From assembly GCA_031400935.1 (NCBI GenBank), contig JANNQV010000023.1, forward strand, positions 1 through 56,974: DNA of 56,974 bases, read 5' to 3'. The notes under the pieces were generated by a model. The model was not told the DNA's origin and did not search any database. It was given only the letters and a program-made list of their open reading frames with translations. Below are positions 48,036-55,929 of the stretch, in pieces. Within the stretch, counting starts at the first letter, position 1. Every line of letters starts with the position of its first letter. The stretch is from Armatimonadota bacterium. Its GTDB lineage: Bacteria > Armatimonadota > Fimbriimonadia > Fimbriimonadales > Fimbriimonadaceae. The position numbers were made by a program, and so were the translations under genes.

Positions 48036-48044
48036 TCGAAAGCC

Positions 48045-49385
48045 CTACACCAACTTGTACATCGGCAACTTGTATCCCTTACGATATGCACGCTTGTACG
48101 ATTGCGTGTTCTTCCCGGCGCTTCCAACGAGGTCGTGCTTCTTCTCGTCCCACTTGACCATCTCGCCTGAATACAGCGCAACGTTGGACAGGTGGCAAAC
48201 AACTGTCGTTTGCGCGACCGAAATGAGGTCGGCTCTTGGCTTCGTTCGCGTCTTCACGCAGTCCACAAAATCTCGCCAGTGATCAGGTGGTGAAGCTGAT
48301 TCTTCTTTCGGAAGTTCCTTGCCGCCTGGATCGAGGATCTTCCATCCGCCACGCCACACCCGTAACGTTCGGCCGTCGGCGCTGACGAACTCAGTTCCGT
48401 GTCCATCTTTGCCAGGGTGATCGCGATTGATGGACCAATGCAGCGTGAAATCCGGGTCCTTGAAGTTGTAGATGGCTTCCATGGTATCGGGCGCGGTTCG
48501 GTCGTCATTCGGAAAAGCCAACTGTCCTCCAAACGCGCTGCAAGAAACGGGCATTACAAGGTTTTGGTCTTTGCTCATGCCAAGCATGGCAATATCCATC
48601 ATATGTACACCCCAGTCGGTGCTGAGTCCGCCACCGTAGTTCATGTACCATCGCCAATTGTAGTGGCACCGATTGTCTTGGTATGGAATGAAATTTGCCG
48701 GCCCAACCCACATGTCGTAATCCAATCCCTTGGGTGGATCCTTCGGTTGTTGCCGCCCGGCTTGAAATCCGTCTGAAATCCAAGCGCGACAGAGAACGAT
48801 TTTTCCAAGTTTTCCCGATCGAATATATTCAATAGCATCTGTGAATTCTTTTGTGCTTCGTTGCCAGGTGCCACATTGGACAGCTCTTTTGAAATGCTGG
48901 ACAGCACCAGCCATGGAAACTGATTCAACGATGTCGTGGGAAAGCGGCTTCTCACAATAGGAGTCCTTCCCCGCTTCACATGCATGGATCAGGTTCAATG
49001 CATGCCAATGGTCAGGAGTGCCAACGATAACCGCGTCAATATCCTTTCGGTCGAGAATGCTTCGATAATCTTTGTAAAACGCTGGCTTTCGACCGTATTT
49101 TTTCTCGACTGCAGCCATATCGCCTGGTGCGCGATTTTCATCAACATCGCATAGCGCGGCAACTTCCACATCAGCGAAATTCATGAAACTGCGCATATTA
49201 GCAGCTCCCATTCCACCGCAACCGATGAGCCCAAGCACCAGTTTGTCATTGGGCGACTGAGGTTTGATGCGAGTCGAAGCCGCATTGGCGACGGAGAGCA
49301 AAGGTGCTCCGGCAGCGGCGGCGGCTACTATTCCGGTTCGAGCCAAAAACTGCCTTCTAGATGAGTTCTTTTCAAATTCAGACAA
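48045..49385 (-). CDS. Gfo/Idh/MocA family oxidoreductase, Tat-exported
   Basis: SRRQFL; IGCGGMG, GTPDHWH, YCEKP, DWGVHMMD; TTG start after a GAGGAGG SD. Confidence 0.92.
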   Translation of the reverse strand: MSEFEKNSSRRQFLARTGIVAAAAAGAPLLSVANAASTRIKPQSPNDKLVLGLIGCGGMGAANMRSFMNFADVEVAALCDVDENRAPGDMAAVEKKYGRKPAFYKDYRSILDRKDIDAVIVGTPDHWHALNLIHACEAGKDSYCEKPLSHDIVESVSMAGAVQHFKRAVQCGTWQRSTKEFTDAIEYIRSGKLGKIVLCRAWISDGFQAGRQQPKDPPKGLDYDMWVGPANFIPYQDNRCHYNWRWYMNYGGGLSTDWGVHMMDIAMLGMSKDQNLVMPVSCSAFGGQLAFPNDDRTAPDTMEAIYNFKDPDFTLHWSINRDHPGKDGHGTEFVSADGRTLRVWRGGWKILDPGGKELPKEESASPPDHWRDFVDCVKTRTKPRADLISVAQTTVVCHLSNVALYSGEMVKWDEKKHDLVGSAGKNTQSYKRAYRKGYKLPMYKLV

Positions 49386-49450
49386 AATATCCTCCTCTAA
49401 AATGAAATGGGATTTCATTTCATTTTCTGCTTGCGATGTTACACCAACAG

Positions 49451-49577
49451 TTTGGGAGCGCGCGGGCTTGATCGCGCTTTTTGAAGGGCATTGAATTTTG
49501 GGCTGAATCTTGTGGTCCAGTAAAGTTCTAGGGAAAAAACGCGGTCAAGCCCCCGCACTCCCAAAAAACTCCCAAAA
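49451..49577. repeat. REP doublet (TTTGGGAG family)
   Basis: tttgggagcgcgcgggcttgatcgcgcttttt / aaaaaacgcggtcaagcccccgcactcccaaa, plus a duplicated ctcccaaaaaa. Confidence 0.85.
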
Positions 49578-49601
49578 AAGACTGGCATAATAGAACCGAT
49601 C

Positions 49602-50984
49602 ATGAGCAATGACAAAAGTTCTTCCACTTCACGACGACAATTTCTGCAAGCCACGGGCGGTTTGGCAGCAGTAACTGCACTATCCGGATTCAAATTCCCT
49701 ACTGTTCACCCCGAAGGCAACGATCTAATTCAAGTTGCCCTTGTCGGTTGCGGCGGACGAGGAAGCGGCGCTGCCGTGAACGCTATGAAGACGACTAGCG
49801 GACCGATCAAATTAGTTGCCATGGCTGATGCTTTTCGCGACCGGCTCACTAGCAGTCACGCCAATTTGAGTGAAGATTTTTCAAAACAGATGGACGTGCC
49901 AATCGAGCGGCAATACCTCGGGTTCGATGCTTATAAAAACGCCATGGATTGCCTGAATCCTGGCGACATCGTGATCTTGACAACTCCTCCTGCTTTTCGT
50001 TGGGTTCATTTCAAATACGCAATTTCGAAAAAGCTCCATGTCTTTATGGAAAAGCCGGTCACTGTTGACGGCCCAACTAGCAGGCGAATGCTACAACTTG
50101 CTCAAGAATCGGTTGATTCAAATCTAAAGGTCGGCGTTGGCCTCATGTCGCGCCACGCAAGACCGATGCAGGAATTGCATGAGCGAATCCAGCAGGGCGA
50201 GCTCGGTGAGATCTTGCTAATGCGTGGGTACCGAATGCACGGCCCTGCGGGAACTATGCAATCGCCGCCAAAACCTGGGCACATCAGCGACCTGGAATAC
50301 CAGATTCGACGGTTCCACAGCTTCCTTTGGGCTAGCGGCGGATGCTACAGCGACTTTTACATCCACCATGTAGATCACCTTTGCTGGATGAAGAACGCTT
50401 GGCCGATCAGCTGTCAAGCCCTCGGAGGTCGCCACTATCGTCAGGGTGATAACGGAATCACATTCGTTGATCAAAATCTGGACACCTATTCTGCTGAATA
50501 CACGTTCGATGACGGTACAAAATTCATTTTTGACGGCCGTTGCGTAGAAGGCGCCGAAGGAATTTATTCGAGCTATGTTCATGGCACAAAAGGAATGGCA
50601 ATCGTCGCCAGCAACGCCGATTGCGGAGAGCCTTCAGCGATCTACAAGGGCCAAAACGCCGTTGAGACGGACCTCGTTTGGCGTTCAACAGACAAGAGCA
50701 ATCCGTACCAAAACGAATGGGACACATTGGTAAGCGCGATCCGAACCAACACTCCGCACAATGAAGCCAAACGCGGAATTGAAGCAAGCGTTGTGACCAG
50801 CTTGGGACGCATGGCGGCTCATACGGGTCAACTGACAACCTATGAGGACATGCTCAATTGCGATCACGAATTTGCGCCTGGGCTCGAATCTTTGGCGAGA
50901 GGTTCGGAAGCTCCGCTTGTTGCAGGTCAAAATGGCAGGTATCCAGTTCCGATGCCAGGTATGAACCCGAAGCGGGAATATTGA
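49602..50984 (+). CDS. Gfo/Idh/MocA family oxidoreductase, Tat-exported
   Basis: SRRQFL; VGCGGRGSGA, TTPPAFR, FMEKP, IHHVD. Confidence 0.92.
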   Translation: MSNDKSSSTSRRQFLQATGGLAAVTALSGFKFPTVHPEGNDLIQVALVGCGGRGSGAAVNAMKTTSGPIKLVAMADAFRDRLTSSHANLSEDFSKQMDVPIERQYLGFDAYKNAMDCLNPGDIVILTTPPAFRWVHFKYAISKKLHVFMEKPVTVDGPTSRRMLQLAQESVDSNLKVGVGLMSRHARPMQELHERIQQGELGEILLMRGYRMHGPAGTMQSPPKPGHISDLEYQIRRFHSFLWASGGCYSDFYIHHVDHLCWMKNAWPISCQALGGRHYRQGDNGITFVDQNLDTYSAEYTFDDGTKFIFDGRCVEGAEGIYSSYVHGTKGMAIVASNADCGEPSAIYKGQNAVETDLVWRSTDKSNPYQNEWDTLVSAIRTNTPHNEAKRGIEASVVTSLGRMAAHTGQLTTYEDMLNCDHEFAPGLESLARGSEAPLVAGQNGRYPVPMPGMNPKREY

Positions 50985-50995
50985 TTGGGAGAGGG

Positions 50996-51133
50996 ATTTT
51001 GGGAGTGCGTCCAACCATGGCGGCGCTTTTTTAGAAGTAGGATAAGGGATAAAAACGACTCCGACTTTGTCCTTTTTCCATTATCCGAGACCGAAAATCA
51101 AAGCGCCGACATGGTTGGACGCACTCCCAAAAT
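50996..51133. repeat. REP doublet whose right arm forms the apbE 3' end
   Basis: attttgggagtgcgtccaaccatggcggcgcttt / aaagcgccgacatggttggacgcactcccaaaat (33 of 34 complementary). Confidence 0.88.
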
Positions 51134-52174
51134 GATCCGCACAAACGACTTCGTCTTCGGATACGACTTGAGGACCTTCTCGCCTGCCTCTGGGCCGAGA
51201 AGTGCAAGAAGTTTGGATAGCGGATCGGAAGTCAAGCCGTCTTTGGCAACAACTGTAGCTTGAATTCGATTCGTGAGTGCTTGCCCAGTTCGAGGGTCAA
51301 CAACGTGCGAATATTGCACGCCACAGATTACAGTGAATTGTTCCGTGTCCCCCGAGGTCGAGATCGCACAATTTGCGAATTCCAAGTCGGCAGGTGCTTG
51401 ATCAGAACTAGCATTGGGAACTCGAATGGTCCATCCCTTCTTGCCTGGAGGCGGGTTCGTGACAACAATGTCGCCACCCATCTCAACAAGAGCATTTCTG
51501 ATCCCATGCTTTTTGAAGACTTTCTGGACTTCATCGCAAGCATATCCCTTGGCGATTCCTCCAAGGTCAAGCAACATTCCAGGCGTCGCTAAATCTACCG
51601 TTCTGTTACGTTCACACAGCTTCATTTTCTCCCATCCAACCAGTTTTCTTGCAGATTCGATTGAAGTTGGATCGGGCAGAACACCCGACTTTCGAGCTTG
51701 CCGCCAAAGCCTAACTAGAGGTGAGACGGTTACGTCAAATGCACCTGCGGAGCGTTGTGAAATCTCCTGAGCCCGTTTCAATACAACAAATAGGTCTTTT
51801 GAAACCTTGACTGGCCCATTACCAGCATTGGCACATAGAACCATGAGTTCGCTGTCATGACGGTAGTCGCTCATGATGTCTTCCAATTCGGCAATCCTTT
51901 GAAAGGCACTCGTGCAAGCATCTTCAGCAATTTTTGTATTTTGAGCGTAGACGACTAGACGAGCATCAATCCCCATGTGATATTGGGTGTATGAAAACCG
52001 AGTCAAGGAATCGGTACTCTGTGCGGCGACAGACGTTGAATAGAATAGAAACATGAAACCAACATTGAAGAGAGCTAAGCGAATTATTTTCGGGCGAGTG
52101 CGTTCCGGTACAAGTTCGGTAGGGCTCTTGCTGCTCTCAAGTGGATTTTTCGCTATTCCAATACTAACAGCCAT
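51098..52174 (-). CDS. apbE: FAD:protein FMN transferase ApbE
   Basis: MG.D, GAFDVTV, LDLGGIAKGY, MGGD, ISTSGD, YSHVVDPRTG; start at 52174 or 52054. Confidence 0.93.
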   Translation of the reverse strand: MAVSIGIAKNPLESSKSPTELVPERTRPKIIRLALFNVGFMFLFYSTSVAAQSTDSLTRFSYTQYHMGIDARLVVYAQNTKIAEDACTSAFQRIAELEDIMSDYRHDSELMVLCANAGNGPVKVSKDLFVVLKRAQEISQRSAGAFDVTVSPLVRLWRQARKSGVLPDPTSIESARKLVGWEKMKLCERNRTVDLATPGMLLDLGGIAKGYACDEVQKVFKKHGIRNALVEMGGDIVVTNPPPGKKGWTIRVPNASSDQAPADLEFANCAISTSGDTEQFTVICGVQYSHVVDPRTGQALTNRIQATVVAKDGLTSDPLSKLLALLGPEAGEKVLKSYPKTKSFVRIILGVRPTMSAL

Positions 52175-52934
52175 GCCTCACGACTCCTTTGAACACAACC
52201 AAAAACTCGAACCATATGTGGAAACCCTACCAGAATCTTTGGTCAAGATTCAGATGATGCCCATACAAGGTGGAACGCTTCAAGTCGGCACTAAGACCGT
52301 AACAGTAAAGCCGTTCTGGATCGCCGCAACAGAAACGCCATGGGAACTTTTCGACGTTTTCACAAAAAGTGGACCGCCTTCCCCGCCATACGATCAAACC
52401 GATTTTGCTCCAGATGCCGTGGCACGGCCAAGTAGGAGCTATATTCTCCCTGACCTCGGTTGGGGGCATCGGGGATTCCCGGCGATCAATTTAAGCTTTA
52501 CTTCGGTAGAAATGTTCTGCCGGTGGCTGTCCTCAGTAACAAAGAAGAAATACCGTGTGCCTACCGATGCAGAATGGGAATTGGCATGCCGTGCAGGAAT
52601 GGCGGGCGACTGGAAAATTGACGCAGCAACGCTTGAAACGACCGCGTGGTATTCCGCCAATTCCAATCGGCGAACAAAAGCTGTCAGTACAAAATCGCCG
52701 AATAGCTTTGGACTCTTTGATATGTTGGGAAATGTTGGCGAATGGGCAACAGATGAAGAAGGAAAGCCCGTGCTTTGCGGAGGAACATTCAAAGATGACG
52801 CTACCGCAATGTCTCCAACCTCTCGCCAGCGATGGTCACCAAAATGGCAAGAGACCGATCCGCAGATTCCAAAGAGCCGTTGGTGGCTTTCAGATGGTTC
52901 GTTTGTGGGATTTCGGTTGGTTTGCGAGCCGTAA
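52053..52934 (+). CDS. FGE-sulfatase (SUMF1/EgtB/PvdO-like) domain protein lacking the FGE catalytic cysteine pair
   Basis: YRVPTDAEWELACRAG, PNSFGLFDMLGNVGEW, GFRLV; start at 52053 or 52173. Confidence 0.88.
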   Translation: MKPTLKRAKRIIFGRVRSGTSSVGLLLLSSGFFAIPILTAMPHDSFEHNQKLEPYVETLPESLVKIQMMPIQGGTLQVGTKTVTVKPFWIAATETPWELFDVFTKSGPPSPPYDQTDFAPDAVARPSRSYILPDLGWGHRGFPAINLSFTSVEMFCRWLSSVTKKKYRVPTDAEWELACRAGMAGDWKIDAATLETTAWYSANSNRRTKAVSTKSPNSFGLFDMLGNVGEWATDEEGKPVLCGGTFKDDATAMSPTSRQRWSPKWQETDPQIPKSRWWLSDGSFVGFRLVCEP

Positions 52935-52936
52935 TC

Positions 52937-53953
52937 GTGTTGTGCCTCGTTGCTTGTGTTGCATTGCAAGTCGCACAGGATTCGCTCACCTATATTGGCA
53001 ATAGAGGGCCGGGCAAGGGCAAGCACATCGTTTTTCTGGCTGGCGATGAAGAATATCGTTCGGAAGAGGGGCTTCCACAACTCGCGCGAATCCTCGCTTT
53101 TCGCCATGGGTTCAAATGCACGGTTCTGTTTTCCATTAACAAGCAAGGCGAGATTGATCCGAACACGACAAACAATCAGCCCGGAATGAAGGCACTAGAA
53201 TCTGCTGATCTTTGCATCATGCTCCTGCGATTTCGCCAATGGCCGGCCTCTCAAATGAGTCATTTCGTGAACTATTTTTTTGAAGGTAATCCGATTATCG
53301 CCCTTCGAACAAGCACACACGCTTTCAACTATCCGCCAGATTCCTCCAGTCCATTTGCCAAATATTCGTGGGACAACAAGGACTTTCAAGGCGGATTTGG
53401 CAAGCAAATGCTTGGTGAAACTTGGGTCAGCCATTGGGGCATTCATGGCGAGCAAGCGACGCGAGGAGTCATCGAAGCGACCGCAATAAATCATCCAATT
53501 CTGAAAGGAGTTTCAAACATTTTCGGCACAACGGATGTTTACGAGGCCACCCCGCCAGTTGATGCCGAAATTCTAGTTAATGGTGCTGTGGTTGCGGGAA
53601 TGAAAATTAGCGACCCTCGTGCGACTAACTCAAAGAAGACGGCTCAAGGCGTGCTCCAGCCAGTGAACGATCCCATGATGCCGATTGTCTGGCTTTGCAA
53701 TCAAGATGTCGGACCGGGCAAGGTGAGCAAGATATTAACTTGCACTATGGGAGCGGCCACTGATTTGCTAAACGAAGGGCTTCGGCGGCTTCTCGTCAAT
53801 GGGGCCTATTGGGCAGTTGGAATGGAAAAGAAGATTCCGAATCGAGCAAATGTGGACTTTGTTGGCAAGTATGAGCCAAGCCCGTTTGGTTTTGAAGGTT
53901 TTCGCAAGGGAGTAAAGCCAAAAGATTTGATATGGCCACAAATCAGACGATGA
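52937..53953 (+). CDS. ThuA-like domain protein
   Basis: KHIVFLAGDEEYRSEE, LRTSTHAF, LGETWVSHWG, RRLLVNGAYWA; GTG start just after the upstream stop. Confidence 0.8.
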   Translation: MLCLVACVALQVAQDSLTYIGNRGPGKGKHIVFLAGDEEYRSEEGLPQLARILAFRHGFKCTVLFSINKQGEIDPNTTNNQPGMKALESADLCIMLLRFRQWPASQMSHFVNYFFEGNPIIALRTSTHAFNYPPDSSSPFAKYSWDNKDFQGGFGKQMLGETWVSHWGIHGEQATRGVIEATAINHPILKGVSNIFGTTDVYEATPPVDAEILVNGAVVAGMKISDPRATNSKKTAQGVLQPVNDPMMPIVWLCNQDVGPGKVSKILTCTMGAATDLLNEGLRRLLVNGAYWAVGMEKKIPNRANVDFVGKYEPSPFGFEGFRKGVKPKDLIWPQIRR

Positions 53954-53978
53954 TTGTCAGGTTGGGTAGCATTGATGC

Positions 53979-54812
53979 ATGAGAACTCGCCTCAAGAGTC
54001 TGATCGTAGTGCTTTCCGTTGGAATTGTTGCCTGTGGAATCGTCATTGCCCAAGTTCAGCGGCCAGGTTACACAAACACACCCGTGCTCCCAGACCAAAA
54101 ATGGATGGTTCACGACGCTAACCGACCGTATCCACATGCGGTCGAACCAGGCTCAGTTGTTGGAGCACCGCCTTCAGATGCCATCGTCCTTTTTGATGGC
54201 AAAGACCTCAGCCATTGGATGCAAACCGACAACAAGAGGCTCACGGGCAACCCGGTTGATCCTAAGTGGACGGTTAAGGATGGGTATTTCGAAGTGGCAG
54301 GCGGAACCGGAAACCTGTATTCGCGCGACAAATTTGGCGACTGCCAGCTTCATATCGAATGGCAGCAAGATTCAAGGAACGATGGCGCAGGGCAAGATCG
54401 GGGCAACAGCGGAATCTATTTGATGGGGCTTTATGAGGTGCAGATTCTGGATTCATACAAGTCAGCAACCTACGCCGATGGGCAAGCCGGAGCGCTCTAC
54501 GGCCAATGGCCGCCGCTAGTGAACCCGATTCGAAAACCAGGGGAATGGCAGGCGTACGACATCGTTTTCGAGGCGCCAAAGTGGGACCGAGACAAGCTGA
54601 TTTCGCCGGCCTACATGACCGTTCTTTTCAATGGGATTGTGGTTCACAATCGGCAAAAGCTCAACGGCCCTTCGGCTCACGCCAACATCTTGCCATACAA
54701 AAGCACAGCCACCGAGGAGCGCTTGATCATTCAAGACCACAATCCCAAGTTCCCTATTCGGTTTAGGAACATCTGGATTCGGAAGCTGATGGGTTACGAT
54801 CAGCCTGAATAG
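53979..54812 (+). CDS. DUF1080 protein, secreted
   Basis: PPSDAIVLFDGKDL, FGDCQLHIEW, GNSGIYL, YEVQILDS, QDH...RFRNIW. Confidence 0.92.
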   Translation: MRTRLKSLIVVLSVGIVACGIVIAQVQRPGYTNTPVLPDQKWMVHDANRPYPHAVEPGSVVGAPPSDAIVLFDGKDLSHWMQTDNKRLTGNPVDPKWTVKDGYFEVAGGTGNLYSRDKFGDCQLHIEWQQDSRNDGAGQDRGNSGIYLMGLYEVQILDSYKSATYADGQAGALYGQWPPLVNPIRKPGEWQAYDIVFEAPKWDRDKLISPAYMTVLFNGIVVHNRQKLNGPSAHANILPYKSTATEERLIIQDHNPKFPIRFRNIWIRKLMGYDQPE

Positions 54813-55667
54813 CTACTTCCAACCCATCATCTTCTCAAAATTGCGAAGGCACTTTTCAGCGCATTCCATCGGCGGGATTGGATAGTTTTCGTGCTCGATA
54901 ATAAACCACTTTGGCCGATTCTTGCTCTTAAAGAACTTAACTACATCCTTCCAATTCACATCGCCCTCGCCGAGCATTGCGTTTGGGTTGGTGGCTGAAA
55001 ACTCCTTGACATGGGTCGAAAGAACCCGCTTCGGATACTTTTCCATAAACGGAGTGGCTTGATAGCCCGCTGACATGGCGTTGCCGGTATCGAATTGGAT
55101 TGCAACGCGTTTGTCAGTGTTCGAAAAGAAAGTGTCAAAAACGAGCTCCCCTTCAACCTGCCGAAATTCGGCAGCATGGTTGTGGAATCCAAGCAGCATC
55201 TTGTGCTTGAGGAGCTTTTGAGAGATTTCATTGAAGGCTTTCGCCGTTTCTAAGATCGTCGCGCGTGTGTTCATTCTTTCCCCAGGCAGCGAAGCGACGA
55301 TGAGAAACTGGTTGCCGATGATCTTATTGAACTCTACAGTTTTCTCAAAGTTCTCACCCAATAGGGCATCCAGACCGATGTGGGCGCCATAGCATTTCAG
55401 TTTGTTTTCATCCAGCATCTGGCGCACTTCTTGCGCAGTTCTGCCGTAATATCCAGCGAATTCGACGCCCGTAAATCCAAGTTGTGCAACCTTCTTAATC
55501 GTGCCTGGAAAATCCTTGGCGCAGTCATCTCGGACGGTGTAAAGCTGCAAGCCTACTAAGTATTTGGGCTTGCCGTATTGAGTTGAGGAGGAATCTGAAT
55601 GAGCAAATGGCAAGCTCAAAAGAAAAAGAAATACGAGAAATAGTGAAGTTCGGATGATGTTTGCCAT
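54813..55667 (-). CDS. Sugar phosphate isomerase/epimerase (xylose-isomerase-like TIM barrel), secreted
   Basis: GLQLYTVR, GVEFAG, FHNH..EF, QFDTG, HVKE, IEHE metal-binding motifs. Confidence 0.9.
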   Translation of the reverse strand: MANIIRTSLFLVFLFLLSLPFAHSDSSSTQYGKPKYLVGLQLYTVRDDCAKDFPGTIKKVAQLGFTGVEFAGYYGRTAQEVRQMLDENKLKCYGAHIGLDALLGENFEKTVEFNKIIGNQFLIVASLPGERMNTRATILETAKAFNEISQKLLKHKMLLGFHNHAAEFRQVEGELVFDTFFSNTDKRVAIQFDTGNAMSAGYQATPFMEKYPKRVLSTHVKEFSATNPNAMLGEGDVNWKDVVKFFKSKNRPKWFIIEHENYPIPPMECAEKCLRNFEKMMGWK

Positions 55668-55739
55668 AGCTGGTGCTCCTTCGGTTCGTTAGCGTTTTTC
55701 GCTACTGGATAAAAGATACCTTTCCGGTGCGGAACTTTT

Positions 55740-55786
55740 GCGGAATAAATTCCGCGGACCAAGTAGCGGAATGAATTCCGCGCTCC
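55740..55786 (-). repeat. Two tandem GG(A/T)-type REP hairpins
   Basis: Minus strand: ggagc-gcggaattcattccgc and ggtcc-gcggaatttattccgc. Confidence 0.75.
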
Positions 55787-55790
55787 GTTG

Positions 55791-55830
55791 TCGAGCTAAG
55801 CCGAGCCAACCCGAACAAACCCGAACCTAC
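55791..55830. repeat. 10-mer tandem repeat upstream of tRNA-Gly
   Basis: tcgagctaag ccgagccaac ccgaacaaac ccgaacctac. Confidence 0.65.
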
Positions 55831-55854
55831 TTAGGGTATAAAATTGACTCGCGA

Positions 55855-55929
55855 GCGGGAATAGCTCAGTGGTAGAGCATCTCGTTGCCAACGAGAGGGT
55901 CGCGAGTTCGAATCTCGTTTCCCGCTCCA
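55855..55929 (+). tRNA. tRNA-Gly (anticodon GCC)
   Basis: GCGGGAA/TTCCCGC acceptor stem, AGCTCAGTGGTAGAGC D arm, tctcg-ttgccaa-cgaga anticodon arm, GTTCGAATC, CCA. Confidence 0.97.
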
